NCBI GenBank assembly: GCA_023838465.1
Contig: JAIVEQ010000022.1
Location: forward strand, 1,428 to 65,427
From: Candidatus Thiodiazotropha sp.
GTDB taxonomy: Bacteria > Pseudomonadota > Gammaproteobacteria > Chromatiales > Chromatiaceae
Direction: 5' to 3'
DNA length: 64,000 nt
Positions 47,501 to 58,342 of the stretch are shown piece by piece; positions within the stretch are counted from its first letter, which is position 1, and each line of letters starts with the position of its first letter. The position numbers and the translations under genes are program-made. A model generated the notes under the pieces. It saw only the letters and a list, made by a program, of their open reading frames with translations, searched no databases and was not told the origin of the DNA.

Positions 47501-48853
47501 ATGGCCAATCAAGGTTCACCAATGATGGGGGCTCTAGGTAACATGGGTCGATTGACGGAACTTCGTCAACGCCTTTTGTTTGTTGCTGGTGCTCTACTGG
47601 TGTTCCGCATTGGTACCTTCATACCGGTACCCGGTGTGAATCCAGTTGCCTTGGCAGCGCTTTTTGAGCAAGCTCAAGGTTCGATTCTTGATATGTTCAA
47701 TATGTTTTCAGGCGGTGCACTGGAGCGTGCCAGTCTGTTTGCTCTTGGCATTATGCCGTACATATCCGCCTCGATTATTATGCAGTTAATGTCTGCTGTT
47801 ATCCCTACCCTGGAGCAACTTAAAAAAGAGGGTGAGGCAGGACGCAGAAAAATAACTCAATATACCCGCTACGGAACTGTCGTTTTAGCGACATTTCAAG
47901 CAGTTGGTATTTCAATCGCCCTACAAAGTCAGACTGTTGGTGGAGAGACGATTGTCATACATCAAGGTGTGGGTTTTGTTGTAACTGCAGCTGTCTCATT
48001 GGTTACAGGTACGATGTTCCTGATGTGGTTGGGTGAGCAAATCACTGAACGTGGTATCGGAAACGGTATTTCAATGATCATTTTCGCGGGCATTGTAGCT
48101 GGGTTGCCAGCGGCTATCGGTGGGACACTAGAGCTTGCGAGAACAGGTGAACTGAATGCGCTTACAATTCTCTTCCTGTTCGTATTGGCAATTGCTGTTA
48201 CTGCTTTTGTTGTATTCGTAGAGCGTGGACAACGACGGATAACGATTAACTATGCAAAGCGTCAGCAGGGCAGGAAGATGTTAGCTGCTCAAAGTACGCA
48301 TTTGCCGCTCAAACTAAATATGGCTGGGGTAATACCACCAATTTTTGCATCGAGTATTATTCTATTTCCGGCAACACTTGGACAGTGGTTTGGAAATACT
48401 GAGGATACACGCTGGATACAGGATATATTCTCCAAGTTATCTCCTGGTGAGCCGGTCTATGTCATGGCTTATGCAGCAGCGATCATCTTTTTCTGTTTTT
48501 TCTATACAGCATTAGTGTTCAATTCTCGTGAGACGGCTGATAATTTGAAGCGCTCGGGGGCCTTTATTCCAGGAATAAGACCTGGTGATCAGACAGCTAA
48601 GTATATCGATAACGTCATGTCGAGACTGACAATGGCCGGTGCAATCTATATTACTTTGGTTTGCCTACTGCCGGAATTTCTAATAGTCGGTTGGAATGTA
48701 CCCTTCTACTTTGGCGGTACCTCACTATTGATTATCGTGGTAGTGGTTATGGATTTCATGGCGCAAGTACAAGCACACCTGATGTCACACCAATACGAAG
48801 GCTTGATGAAGAAGGCCAATCTGAAGGGTAGTGGTGCAGGGCTGTTACGTTAA
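47501..48853 (+). CDS. secY: Preprotein translocase subunit SecY
   Basis: [38 protein letters not shown]. Confidence 0.99.
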   Translation: MANQGSPMMGALGNMGRLTELRQRLLFVAGALLVFRIGTFIPVPGVNPVALAALFEQAQGSILDMFNMFSGGALERASLFALGIMPYISASIIMQLMSAVIPTLEQLKKEGEAGRRKITQYTRYGTVVLATFQAVGISIALQSQTVGGETIVIHQGVGFVVTAAVSLVTGTMFLMWLGEQITERGIGNGISMIIFAGIVAGLPAAIGGTLELARTGELNALTILFLFVLAIAVTAFVVFVERGQRRITINYAKRQQGRKMLAAQSTHLPLKLNMAGVIPPIFASSIILFPATLGQWFGNTEDTRWIQDIFSKLSPGEPVYVMAYAAAIIFFCFFYTALVFNSRETADNLKRSGAFIPGIRPGDQTAKYIDNVMSRLTMAGAIYITLVCLLPEFLIVGWNVPFYFGGTSLLIIVVVVMDFMAQVQAHLMSHQYEGLMKKANLKGSGAGLLR

Positions 48854-48894
48854 CGAATCTTGACCAGTATTGAACAAATTTTGGAGTCTATATC

Positions 48895-49008
48895 ATGAAA
48901 GTGCGTGCATCGGTAAAGAAAATCTGCCGCAATTGCAAGATCGTGCGCCGGAATGGCGTTGTCAGAGTGATCTGTAAAGAAGGACGCCATAAGCAGCGTC
49001 AGGGTTAA
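48895..49008 (+). CDS. rpmJ: 50S ribosomal protein L36 (zinc-ribbon type)
   Basis: Own translation (missing from the ORF track): [37 protein letters not shown]. Confidence 0.98.
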   Translation: MKVRASVKKICRNCKIVRRNGVVRVICKEGRHKQRQG

Positions 49009-49035
49009 TCACAGCGAAAAATTTCCTACGTCCGC

Positions 49036-49064
49036 TTGATAGAGGCGGTTGCGTAGGGTAATAT
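49036..49064 (+). promoter_or_regulatory. Sigma70 promoter of the alpha operon
   Basis: TTGATA-17 bp-TAATAT upstream of rpsM. Confidence 0.7.
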
Positions 49065-49115
49065 TGCTCGTTTACCTTTGGTGAAGTGCCAGGGGTTTCT
49101 TCAGGAGATTTAGAG

Positions 49116-49472
49116 ATGGCTCGAATTGCAGGGGTCAACATTCCAGACCGGAAACATGCGGTCATAGCGCTGACATCAATATTTGGTATCGGGCGCTCGC
49201 GAGCGGGTGATATTTGTAAAGAAGCCGGCATCGAACCTGATACAAAAATACAAGAACTCAGCGAGGATCAAGTTGAATCGATACGTGCGATAGTGGCTCG
49301 TTTTTCGGTAGAAGGCGATCTGCGCCGTGAAGTCTCGATGAATATCAAGCGTCTGATGGATTTAGGCTGTAATCGTGGGATTCGCCACCGTCGCGGCTTA
49401 CCGTTGCGTGGCCAGCGTACTCGCACAAATGCGAGAACACGTAAAGGTCCTCGTCGCCCAATCAAGCGCTAA
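49116..49472 (+). CDS. rpsM: 30S ribosomal protein S13
   Basis: [27 protein letters not shown]. Confidence 0.99.
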   Translation: MARIAGVNIPDRKHAVIALTSIFGIGRSRAGDICKEAGIEPDTKIQELSEDQVESIRAIVARFSVEGDLRREVSMNIKRLMDLGCNRGIRHRRGLPLRGQRTRTNARTRKGPRRPIKR

Positions 49473-49506
49473 ATAAACATATTTTACGAATCTGTAGGTA
49501 CAGAAG

Positions 49507-49896
49507 ATGGCAAAACCCAGTAACCGTGCCAAGAAAAAGGTAAGGAAGAGTGTGACCGATGGCGTCGCTCACATCCACGCCTCTTTCAACAACACAATAA
49601 TCATGATTAGTGACCGTCAGGGAAATACCCTGGCTTGGGCAACGTCTGGTGGGTCCGGATTCCGTGGATCTAGAAAAAGTACACCCTTTGCCGCTCAGGT
49701 CGCCGCAGATCGCGTAGGCCAGATGGTCAAGGAGTACGGGGTAAAAAACCTTGATGTCAATGTCAAGGGACCCGGTCCTGGTCGCGAATCGGCTGTTCGT
49801 TCACTGAATAATGCAGGGTTTAAGATAACCAGCATCTCTGACGTAACGCCTATTCCTCATAATGGCTGTCGTCCCCCCAAGAAGCGCCGCGTCTAA
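49507..49896 (+). CDS. rpsK: 30S ribosomal protein S11
   Basis: [29 protein letters not shown]. Confidence 0.99.
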   Translation: MAKPSNRAKKKVRKSVTDGVAHIHASFNNTIIMISDRQGNTLAWATSGGSGFRGSRKSTPFAAQVAADRVGQMVKEYGVKNLDVNVKGPGPGRESAVRSLNNAGFKITSISDVTPIPHNGCRPPKKRRV

Positions 49897-49916
49897 TTAC
49901 TGGAGTTACATGAATC

Positions 49917-50537
49917 ATGGCAAGGTATATCGGACCTAAGTGCAAACTGAGTCGTAGAGAGGGGACCGACCTCTTTCTTAAGAGTCGCGTTCGCTCACTT
50001 GATTCCAAATGCAATATGGAAAAGGTGCCTGGACAGGCAGGCGATCGCCGTCGTCGGGTATCTGATTACGGCCTGCAGCTGCGTGAAAAGCAGAAGGTAC
50101 GCCGAATCTATGGCGTTATGGAAAAACAGTTCCGTAACTACTATAAAGCTGCAGCTCAGAATAAGGGTGCAACGGGTGAGAATCTGTTGCAATTGCTCGA
50201 GACGCGTTTGGACAATATTGTCTATCGCATGGGATTTGGAGCTACACGTGCAGAGGCTCGCCAACTGGTCAGTCACAAGGCGATTGAGGTTAATGGCAAG
50301 GTTGTAAATGTACCATCCTTTAATCTTACAGCTGAAGACGAAGTCTCCATACGCGAAAAAGCAAAAAAGCAGCTTAGAATTCAAGGGGCACTTGAACTGC
50401 AAGGGCAGTTTGGTTTTGTTGATTGGGTTGAAGTTGATCCCAAGACAATGAAAGGTAAGGTGAAGCGAATACCTGATCGTTTCGATCTATCTGCTGAGAT
50501 TAATGAGCAACTGGTCGTCGAGCTCTACTCTAAGTAA
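49917..50537 (+). CDS. rpsD: 30S ribosomal protein S4
   Basis: [26 protein letters not shown]. Confidence 0.99.
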   Translation: MARYIGPKCKLSRREGTDLFLKSRVRSLDSKCNMEKVPGQAGDRRRRVSDYGLQLREKQKVRRIYGVMEKQFRNYYKAAAQNKGATGENLLQLLETRLDNIVYRMGFGATRAEARQLVSHKAIEVNGKVVNVPSFNLTAEDEVSIREKAKKQLRIQGALELQGQFGFVDWVEVDPKTMKGKVKRIPDRFDLSAEINEQLVVELYSK

Positions 50538-50557
50538 GTCTTGACGAGGGAACATAC

Positions 50558-51556
50558 ATGACCGAAAGCGTTACGGAATTTCTCAAGCCTCGCATCGTTA
50601 ATGTTCAGCCTGTCACCGCTACACGAGCGAAGGTGACACTTGAACCATTAGAGAGAGGTTTTGGGCATACATTGGGTAATGCGCTAAGGCGCATCCTTCT
50701 CTCATCAATGCCTGGAAGTGCTATCACTGAGGTAGAGATAGCTGATGTACTCCATGAGTACACGACTATGGAAGGTGTTCAGGAAGATGTCCTGGATGTA
50801 CTTCTCAATCTCAAGCAAGTTGCAATCGTCATGCATACACGTGACGAAGCAACGTTAAAGCTGCAGAAAAAGGGGCCTGGGCAAGTATTGGCTAGCGACA
50901 TCACTTTAGATCACGATGTTGAAATCGCCAACCCTGATCATATTATCGCAACCCTGACAAAATCGGGCGAGATCAATATGACCCTGAATGTTCGTCGTGG
51001 TCGTGGTTACCATCCAGCGGCAGCGCGACAGGGAAGTGCAGGTGATGAGCGTCCAATTGGGATGTTACAGGTAGATGCCTCGTTTAGCCCTATCAGGGAA
51101 GTAGCATATAGCGTAGAGGCTGCCCGTGTGGAACAGAATACTGGCCTTGATCGCCTAGTGATCGAGCTGGAAACCAACGGTACGATAGATCCTGAAGAGG
51201 CTATCAGACGCTCAGCTAGCATTCTGCGTGATCAACTGTCAGTTTTTGTTGATCTTGAAGCCGAGGCGGCTGAGTCAATTGCAGAGCCAGAAGAGCCGGC
51301 AATTGATCCTATTCTGCTACGGCTTGTTGATGACCTTGAGCTCACTGTACGCTCTGCGAACTGTCTGAAAGCTGAAAATATATTCCTTATCGGTGATCTC
51401 ATTCAGCGTACAGAAGTAGAGTTGCTCAAAACACCTAATCTGGGCAAAAAGTCACTCACTGAGATCAAAGATGTACTTGCTCGTCGTGGGCTGTCACTTG
51501 GCATGCGTCTTGAGCATTGGCCACCTGAAAATATCGAAGAGCAACTGACACATTAA
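50558..51556 (+). CDS. rpoA: RNA polymerase alpha subunit
   Basis: [38 protein letters not shown]. Confidence 0.99.
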   Translation: MTESVTEFLKPRIVNVQPVTATRAKVTLEPLERGFGHTLGNALRRILLSSMPGSAITEVEIADVLHEYTTMEGVQEDVLDVLLNLKQVAIVMHTRDEATLKLQKKGPGQVLASDITLDHDVEIANPDHIIATLTKSGEINMTLNVRRGRGYHPAAARQGSAGDERPIGMLQVDASFSPIREVAYSVEAARVEQNTGLDRLVIELETNGTIDPEEAIRRSASILRDQLSVFVDLEAEAAESIAEPEEPAIDPILLRLVDDLELTVRSANCLKAENIFLIGDLIQRTEVELLKTPNLGKKSLTEIKDVLARRGLSLGMRLEHWPPENIEEQLTH

Positions 51557-51607
51557 ATCCAGTTGCCCTGACCTTTTATTAACTATTGAATTTGTGGAAG
51601 TTGACCC

Positions 51608-52009
51608 ATGCGCCATCGTAAATCTGGACGGCAGCTGAATCGTAACAGTAGCCATCGCAATGCCATGTTCAGAAACATGACTGTCTCATTGATCAATCAC
51701 GAATTGATTAAGACAACCCTGCCTAAGGCAAAAGAGTTGCGTCGTGTTGCTGAACCTCTTATTACAATGTCTAAAACAGACAATGTTGCAAAACGTAGGT
51801 TGGCATTCTCACGGCTGCGTGACAATGCAGCAGTCGGCAAGTTATTTGCTGAGATAGGACCTCGGTATCAGGAGAGAGCTGGCGGATATCTACGCATACT
51901 GAAGTGCGGTTATCGTGACGGGGATCAAGCGCCAATGGCTTACGTTGAGTTAGTAGACCGTCCGATTCCGGAAGTCACAGAAGATTCTGAGGCTGAAAGC
52001 GAGGATTAA
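51608..52009 (+). CDS. rplQ: 50S ribosomal protein L17
   Basis: [33 protein letters not shown]. Confidence 0.99.
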   Translation: MRHRKSGRQLNRNSSHRNAMFRNMTVSLINHELIKTTLPKAKELRRVAEPLITMSKTDNVAKRRLAFSRLRDNAAVGKLFAEIGPRYQERAGGYLRILKCGYRDGDQAPMAYVELVDRPIPEVTEDSEAESED

Positions 52010-52034
52010 AGTCTCTTTAAGACTTTTCCGATTG

Positions 52035-52068
52035 AAAAAAACCCACATCGGATGATGTGGTTTTTTTT
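52035..52068. terminator. Bidirectional intrinsic terminator after rplQ
   Basis: A-tract, CCACATC-GGAT-GATGTGG stem-loop, T8 tract; lies between convergent genes. Confidence 0.88.
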
Positions 52069-52195
52069 GTGTCGCTCTTTACCTAGATGGATACTAATAG
52101 TGAGTTACTTAGTCGCTAATCAAAGCAAGTGATTGCATTTTACTCGACCCTATCGGTTGCTAATAACATACTTGCTTATTATTGAATATTAATGA

Positions 52196-52858
52196 CTATT
52201 TCCTGAGTGTTTTCAGCAAGTCATCTATTTCTACTGAATGGCTTTTTGACGCATGATATTGCTTAGATTGTTCCACCTCAAAAATACGTTGTCCATTGAT
52301 CATTCCAGAAATATCTGAACCACTACCACCAAGGTCATGAGAAAAAACCGATAGGATATGCAATAAAGTAAAAGCTCCTACTACCTGGTAACAAAGATGG
52401 TGAAGAGCTTGCAGGCTTAGATTGCCAATCAGAGCGACATCCTTCAGCATCATCAATCCACTTATACTACTCAGTACCAGAATAAAAAATAGAACGAAAT
52501 AGAGTGGTCCCCAGAATGGATTATGACTGTACCATTTTGGTAAGGGAGCCTTCCCGAGAGTGAGATAGAATTTCAACACTAACCAGGCTTGTGAAAGACG
52601 GTGCAGGTCCGGTTCGAAAGCTGATAAGTGATCGGTGCCTTTACCAAAAAAAAGTAGATAAAGCCTGAACAGGAGCGCCGGTAGTAGTAGGGCAGAGAGC
52701 ATATAGTGGATCTCAGTAGTCGTTGTTGCTATCACACTGGTATTGTTCATTAGCCAGCCGGTTATCAGCAATCCTATGCTGGAGAGGGCAAGTGACCAAT
52801 GAGCGAGTCTGAGTCCACGGCTCCATACCAAGATTCGAGTGACGCTTGTTGCCTGCAT
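52196..52858 (-). CDS. Membrane b-type cytochrome (HyaC/HupC-like cytochrome b domain)
   Basis: RLAHW, IHY, LHH and LHI histidines on hydrophobic helices; WYSHNP.G motif; C-terminal MINGQR. Confidence 0.8.
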   Translation of the reverse strand: MQATSVTRILVWSRGLRLAHWSLALSSIGLLITGWLMNNTSVIATTTTEIHYMLSALLLPALLFRLYLLFFGKGTDHLSAFEPDLHRLSQAWLVLKFYLTLGKAPLPKWYSHNPFWGPLYFVLFFILVLSSISGLMMLKDVALIGNLSLQALHHLCYQVVGAFTLLHILSVFSHDLGGSGSDISGMINGQRIFEVEQSKQYHASKSHSVEIDDLLKTLRK

Positions 52859-53093
52859 ATTCGTCTTCCTGCCTTTGGATAAAAGGTTAAATCAATCTCT
52901 TGCCAGTTACTCAAAGCGCTCAACTGCCGTTTCCAGGATTATTACAACATGTATGATATGCAGACAGCCTGCACAATTGTCATGGTCTTTGAGTGGAAAA
53001 TTTCAACTGGTATGTGACTTATAAGTGCATCGGTCAGCCGGTCATCACAACATCCGTATATTCCCGCGTTAAATATCGGGCAAGGACACAAAG

Positions 53094-53657
53094 ATGTTAA
53101 GACAGAGAAAAAACAAGCGGGAGCGAAGGGAAGAGAGAGACCAGGCACTGTTGCGTTATACCAAGCAACGGCAACGAAATGTGTTGGCCAAGCCGGGGGT
53201 ACATGAATTTATTGTTGTTCTCGATCAGATGAAAGCAGGATTCAATGTGGCAAAGATATTTAGAAGTGCAGAGGCATTTGGTGCACATGAAATTCATTTG
53301 ATCAATATCGGTCCTTTTGATCCGTCTCCAGGAAAGGGGGCCTTTAAGAAGGTTCCAGCACGTTTTTTTGACAGTTTCGATCAAAGTTACCGGGACTTAG
53401 TAAATCGAGGTTATCAAGTCGTGCTACTTCAGGGTGGATGTGATCGACAACTAACAACCGCTGAACTGGCAAAAAAGAGCGCTTTCGTGCTTGGACATGA
53501 AGAGTGGGGACACAGTTTCAACCTGGATGATTATCCTGAGGTATCCTCTGTTGCAATACCTCAGTATGGCCAGGTTGAAAGCTTAAATGTCGCTGTTGCG
53601 GCGTCAATTGTCATGTATGAATACGTTCGCCAGCATCAAGCTAAAGCCAACCTATAG
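53094..53657 (+). CDS. TrmH/SpoU-family RNA methyltransferase
   Basis: VVLD....FNV..IFRSAEAFG, FVLGHEE.G, IPQYGQVESLNVAVAASI. Confidence 0.9.
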   Translation: MLRQRKNKRERREERDQALLRYTKQRQRNVLAKPGVHEFIVVLDQMKAGFNVAKIFRSAEAFGAHEIHLINIGPFDPSPGKGAFKKVPARFFDSFDQSYRDLVNRGYQVVLLQGGCDRQLTTAELAKKSAFVLGHEEWGHSFNLDDYPEVSSVAIPQYGQVESLNVAVAASIVMYEYVRQHQAKANL

Positions 53658-53711
53658 AGACATGACAGGCCGTCAGGCACATGAGCATTAGTCAGTACTT
53701 ATATTCGTAGG

Positions 53712-53795
53712 CTATTGATCAGGAAATTCAATAGTCTTAGTTGCCAATACTGAGACAACAATAACTGCTAGAGCAGTCAGTAGTAATCATGACAT
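53712..53795 (-). pseudogene. Small single-TM protein gene with TGA at codon 3 (MS*LLLTALAVIVVSVLATKTIEFPDQ)
   Basis: SD GAGGAG 7 nt before the ATG, a hydrophobic 15-residue stretch, and a terminal TAG. Confidence 0.5.
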
Positions 53796-53915
53796 AGGAT
53801 TTCTCCTCAAGTTATTCACATTGCTGATCTATGCCAGCATTACCAACCGTAACGTAAAAATATGTTAATTTACGTGATTTATAACCTATTTATCTTAAAT
53901 ATTCCTTAAGAAACC

Positions 53916-53931
53916 CGTGAAATAGATCACA
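53916..53931. promoter_or_regulatory. CRP-like binding site
   Basis: Minus strand TGTGA-TCTATT-TCACG (9/10 of TGTGA-N6-TCACA) in an AT-rich intergenic region. Confidence 0.6.
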
Positions 53932-53965
53932 AATATTTACAGGAGTGGTGCTAGGCTGCTTTTGC

Positions 53966-54562
53966 TTACAGTTGTGATTTACCCGTGAAGACCACAGTTG
54001 GTGGGCGCTCAGCATCGATTTGGATGCGTGAGAGGCTAGCAGAGGCAATAGAAATTCGGTACATAGATTGAATGGGGGCCTGTAGGGCGTGTATCAACAT
54101 ACTGCGAATCACTCCGGCATGGGCCACAATCAGCAAATGTTTACCACTATGCTGTTCAGCGGCCTGTTGATAAGCCATATTAACCCTATGATTAAAGACT
54201 TCGAGGGATTCAGCGTTATCGGGTCGATGATGGAGGGGATCGTTATAAAAACGTGACAAGATGGATCTATCTTGTGCTCGCAATTGTTCCCCTGACTGGC
54301 CCTCCCAGATGCCAAATCCCACCTCTTTCAGACGATCATCGAATTCAAGGCTGATATCGAGCTTATTGCTTAGCGCTTGGGCGAATTGACTGCAACGCTG
54401 CAATGGTGAGCTGATAATCGCTTGCCAAGGTCTCTTGCCGGAAACGGCATGCCACATCTCTTCCCACCCGCGTTCGCTCAATGGATCGTCGATTTGTCCA
54501 CGGTAGCGACGGCCCCCTACAGGTTCACCATGACGCAGCAGGTCTATTGTGGTGATTGGCAC
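53966..54562 (-). CDS. Histidine phosphatase family protein (CobC-like)
   Basis: LLRHGE, SSPL.RC, E..FG.WEG, IVAHAGVIR. Confidence 0.9.
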   Translation of the reverse strand: MPITTIDLLRHGEPVGGRRYRGQIDDPLSERGWEEMWHAVSGKRPWQAIISSPLQRCSQFAQALSNKLDISLEFDDRLKEVGFGIWEGQSGEQLRAQDRSILSRFYNDPLHHRPDNAESLEVFNHRVNMAYQQAAEQHSGKHLLIVAHAGVIRSMLIHALQAPIQSMYRISIASASLSRIQIDAERPPTVVFTGKSQL

Positions 54563-54568
54563 TACAGC

Positions 54569-55447
54569 TTAGATTATTCCGGTCATGGTGAGTAAAGTCA
54601 GTATCACAAGAAAGACAACCAGGGACCTCCAGACCAGAGCCATTGCTGATCGTGGGAGTGTGCTATAGAGTTGATTGCCTTCGTTTGCCTCGTCGAGAAG
54701 GGTAGACAATCGCATTGCGCCACTACCCGTACAAATCAAAGTGCCGCTATTGCTATCATTGAATTCACTGAAACGGCCCTCTTGAAAGCTGCGCCAGCCA
54801 TATAGGGCATCTTCAAAGCTGCCAGCGATGGCGTAACAGAAGGCGGTGATTCTAGCCGGTATCCAGTCCAGGATGACTGTCAACTGTTTACTACTGAGTT
54901 GGAAATCGATATCCCTGTTCGACTGAACCAATGCCGGTAACCAGGTAGTTAATCGATAGATCATGGCGCCAAGGGGGCCTAGTACTATAAACCAAAACAA
55001 AACTGCAAATAGGTTTTGATTGGCCTGTAACAAAACACCTTCTGCAACGGCTTGAGAGCGTGCAGGCTCACTGATGGGTGGTTCGTCCATGATAATGGTA
55101 CTGGCGATGGCATTTATGTTTGCTTCATCTCCATTATCAACAGCTTCAGTATACTGGCTGATTTGAGTGTCCAGATCCTCTGGGCCTAAACAGTAGAGCA
55201 GGATGACAATCGAGAGGCTGATTCCCAATAGGCCTTCGTCGAAGATGTGTTGGAGGATGCCGATTGCAAGCAGTGGTGGGAGTAGGAGTAATGCAATGCC
55301 GACGATCCCCCGTTCCAACCAGGCAGGGAGTTTCTGATGCTGAAGCCACTCGCTATAGCGAAGCAACCAGCGGTTATTGCGCAAGTGTACTTTTTCAAGT
55401 AAAAATCGCTCTGCTATCAGGCAGATAAGGATAATCATTAGTGTCAT
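54569..55447 (-). CDS. ampE: Membrane regulatory protein AmpE (CobD/CbiB-like fold)
   Basis: LLYCLGP.DL, FAVLFWFIVLGPLGA..YRL, LDWIPAR..AF.YA..GSF; directly downstream of ampD. Confidence 0.8.
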   Translation of the reverse strand: MTLMIILICLIAERFLLEKVHLRNNRWLLRYSEWLQHQKLPAWLERGIVGIALLLLPPLLAIGILQHIFDEGLLGISLSIVILLYCLGPEDLDTQISQYTEAVDNGDEANINAIASTIIMDEPPISEPARSQAVAEGVLLQANQNLFAVLFWFIVLGPLGAMIYRLTTWLPALVQSNRDIDFQLSSKQLTVILDWIPARITAFCYAIAGSFEDALYGWRSFQEGRFSEFNDSNSGTLICTGSGAMRLSTLLDEANEGNQLYSTLPRSAMALVWRSLVVFLVILTLLTMTGII

Positions 55448-55525
55448 CGTGCAAGTGTCAGATAAACAGTGGTAAGTTTCAAGTGATTACCTGCAGAGAA
55501 GATGAAGAGGATCACCATCTCCCTG

Positions 55526-56071
55526 TCATATGAAGTTCAAATATCGTTGCCAGTCGAACATCGGTCCAGGGTCGGTTTTTCGTCCTGGGGCGATGGCTTC
55601 ATGACTGGTTATACGGTCACTGGTAATAGATGGATAGAGACGGATGATCTCTTTGGTGACGCTGTTCAATGCGTTATATTGTGGATCTGTGAAGGGTTGA
55701 TCATCAGAACCTTCTACTTCAACACCAATCGAGAAGTCGTTACAGCACTGGCGGCCACAGTAGATGGACTCTCCAGCATGCCAGGCGCGTCGGTTGAGGG
55801 GGACATACTGAATAACCTCACCATCCCGTCGAATCAGAATATGGCATGAGACTTTCAGCGCTTTGATTTCATCAAAATAGGGATGAGCAGTTGTATCCAA
55901 GCGGTTCATGAATAGGTCATCGACCCAATGACCGCCAAACTCTCCAGGCGGTAGGCTGATGCTGTGGATTACCAGCAGGTCGATCTCAGCATCAGGCGGT
56001 CTGTCATCCATGTTCTCTGATTGACGAAACTCAGCGCTACTCAGGAGGATATCGTCTTGCTCAGCCAACAC
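55526..56071 (-). CDS. ampD: 1,6-anhydro-N-acetylmuramyl-L-alanine amidase
   Basis: LVIHSISLPPG.FG, VSCH.LI.RDG, AWHAG.S, NDFSIGVE.EG, GRKTDPG. Confidence 0.95.
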   Translation of the reverse strand: MLAEQDDILLSSAEFRQSENMDDRPPDAEIDLLVIHSISLPPGEFGGHWVDDLFMNRLDTTAHPYFDEIKALKVSCHILIRRDGEVIQYVPLNRRAWHAGESIYCGRQCCNDFSIGVEVEGSDDQPFTDPQYNALNSVTKEIIRLYPSITSDRITSHEAIAPGRKTDPGPMFDWQRYLNFI

Positions 56072-56478
56072 TATTTCGGTTTCGGATTGAGGCCTTTTAG
56101 AACCATGTCGGTATAGCTTACGATGCCTACAATTTCACGGTTATCTACTACAGGTGCCCGCGATAAGTCGTAGCGGCTGAAGATACGTGCACAATAGCGA
56201 ATGTCCATGCTTGACGAAACAGTCAATGCGGGTTTGGTCATGATCTCGTAAATATTGACCCTCTCTGGTGCGCGATCCTTGGCTAAAACCTGGCGTGCTA
56301 TATCCGAGAGCATAACAAGGCCGTATTCATCATCATCATGGCGTTTTTTGACGATCAGGGATTTTGTTTCCACATGGATCATTCGTTCAAGCGCCATCTG
56401 CACCGTGTCCATGCCTTCCACCAGATCAAAGTCAGTTTTCATGACGTCCCTGACACGGATTAAAAGCCGATCGTTCAT
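56071..56478 (-). CDS. CBS-pair protein
   Basis: VRDVM, YGLVMLSDI, IYEIMTKP, IVGIVSYTD. Confidence 0.88.
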   Translation of the reverse strand: MNDRLLIRVRDVMKTDFDLVEGMDTVQMALERMIHVETKSLIVKKRHDDDEYGLVMLSDIARQVLAKDRAPERVNIYEIMTKPALTVSSSMDIRYCARIFSRYDLSRAPVVDNREIVGIVSYTDMVLKGLNPKPK

Positions 56479-56825
56479 AGCTCCTCCTCAATAACTTGTG
56501 TGAGTGTTTTAATCTGATGACTGACACCGACGGCATCTTCGATATCAATCTGGAATGCGATGCCATTACCCGGTTTAGCCTCAAATTGGCCCGCTTCTGA
56601 TATTTTCTCTAGGATGGCTCGGCTGAGATGCTCTTCGACAAGCAATAACAGGACATCTCGCTGAGTATCGAGGGTCAGGCCAAGAAAGGTTTTTGATTGC
56701 TCAACACCCTCACCACGAGCGTGATTAATGACCGTTGAGCCAGTGGCTCCCGCAGAACGGGCAGCTTCTAGGACCTTTTCGGTCATGCTGTCCTCTACCA
56801 GGGCGATGATGAGTTTGAAGTGCAT
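56475..56825 (-). CDS. PII-like signal transduction protein (non-canonical)
   Basis: KLIIALV, AGATG.TV...RGEG, PGNGIAF B-loop equivalent. Confidence 0.8.
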   Translation of the reverse strand: MHFKLIIALVEDSMTEKVLEAARSAGATGSTVINHARGEGVEQSKTFLGLTLDTQRDVLLLLVEEHLSRAILEKISEAGQFEAKPGNGIAFQIDIEDAVGVSHQIKTLTQVIEEEL

Positions 56826-56846
56826 AAGAAATACCTCGTTGTATCA

Positions 56847-57614
56847 TCAATTTTGTCGTTTACTACGCCATTCGCTCAGCTGAGCGTAGGCCATGACTGA
56901 CATGATCGGAAAAAGGCAGGTAAAGGCGATGAGGCCAAAGCCGTCCATCACAGGATTGCGTCCCGGTATATTGCTCGATAGTCCAAGTCCAAGAGCCGCA
57001 ACTAGTGGAACCGTGACAGTGGAAGTGGTTACCCCTCCGGAATCGTAAGCCAGGGCAATGATCGAACGGGGGGCATAGACTGTCTGCACAATCACCACCA
57101 CATAACCCGCCATGATGTACCAGTGTAAAGGCGTGCCGGAAATTATCCGGTAGCAACCCAGGGAGACACCGACCGCAGCGCCGATGGCGACCGCAATGCG
57201 TAATCCCCACTGACTGATGGCGCCTGCAGAGACTTGATTCGCCTTGATGGCGACAGCAATCAGGGAGGGCTCCGCAATAGTGGTGGAGAAACCGATGCTG
57301 GCCGCAAACAGATAGACCCAGAAGTAGTGGTACCATTGAACGGTATCACCCGTAGTGGAAATATTGAGTATTTCAGGGGAGGTGAGCTGATTCGCCATCA
57401 ATTCGCCCAGTGGGAAGAGGGCCAGATCCAATCCCTCCAGGAACAATACCAGACCAATCAGAACCAGAAGAAAGCCAAATAGGACCTCTTTAGGGTTTTT
57501 TATCGGTCGGCGCAGAACCAGGAATTGGAAGCCGAATAGGATGCCGGCAATAGGCAATACATCGAGGATAGTACCCGTCAATACAGAGAGGAAATGTTGT
57601 AAGGCCTCATTCAT
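56847..57614 (-). CDS. DUF1538 family membrane protein
   Basis: TIAEPSL and [15 protein letters not shown] motifs, DGFGLIA; multi-TM. Confidence 0.85.
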   Translation of the reverse strand: MNEALQHFLSVLTGTILDVLPIAGILFGFQFLVLRRPIKNPKEVLFGFLLVLIGLVLFLEGLDLALFPLGELMANQLTSPEILNISTTGDTVQWYHYFWVYLFAASIGFSTTIAEPSLIAVAIKANQVSAGAISQWGLRIAVAIGAAVGVSLGCYRIISGTPLHWYIMAGYVVVIVQTVYAPRSIIALAYDSGGVTTSTVTVPLVAALGLGLSSNIPGRNPVMDGFGLIAFTCLFPIMSVMAYAQLSEWRSKRQN

Positions 57615-58342
57615 AAAAACAGCCCATAGCCCATGACAAAGATCATTGGAGTGAGCGAGGCGAAAGCAATGAGTCCAAATCCATCTATCATCGGGTTGCG
57701 TCCCTTGATGCTTGATGCAAGCCCGACACCCAGGGCTGTGACCAGAGGAACGGTGACTGTCGAAGTGGTTACACCTCCCGAGTCATAGGCAATACCAATT
57801 ATCTCCTTTGGCGCGATAGCTGTCATTAATATCACACCCAGATAGCCACCAATGATCAGGTATTGTACTGGCCATCCTTTGACAATTCTCAATACCCCGA
57901 TCAGGATGGCGAAGCCAACTGAAATCGCAACAGTAAAGCGAAGGCCCTGGGCGTACTCATTTTGTGCATCGGGGGAATTGGCAATCATGCCCCCAACGGC
58001 TGCGACATTTGCAGCTTCCTGGGCGATTTTGATCAAAGCAGGTTCCGCAACAGTCGTACCGAACCCGAGGGCAAAAGCGAACAGAAGTAGCCAGGTTAGG
58101 CTGCCCTTTCTCGCAAAATCCCATGCCATTCCCTCACCGAGTGGGAACAGACCCAGGTTCAGTCCTTCGATGAAGAGGCTCAAACCAAGCAGTACCAGTA
58201 ATGATCCCGTGAGTATTGTACCCAGGTTGGGAATCGGCTGTTGCAAGACAACCAGTTGAAAAAAAGAAATAACAAATACAATAGGCAGCAGATCACGAGC
58301 ACGTTCCAGTAGTGATGAAATGAGGTGTTTGAGTAATCGCAT
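57611..58342 (-). CDS. DUF1538 family membrane protein (paralog)
   Basis: TVAEPAL and [15 protein letters not shown] motifs, [12 protein letters not shown]. Confidence 0.85.
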   Translation of the reverse strand: MRLLKHLISSLLERARDLLPIVFVISFFQLVVLQQPIPNLGTILTGSLLVLLGLSLFIEGLNLGLFPLGEGMAWDFARKGSLTWLLLFAFALGFGTTVAEPALIKIAQEAANVAAVGGMIANSPDAQNEYAQGLRFTVAISVGFAILIGVLRIVKGWPVQYLIIGGYLGVILMTAIAPKEIIGIAYDSGGVTTSTVTVPLVTALGVGLASSIKGRNPMIDGFGLIAFASLTPMIFVMGYGLFL

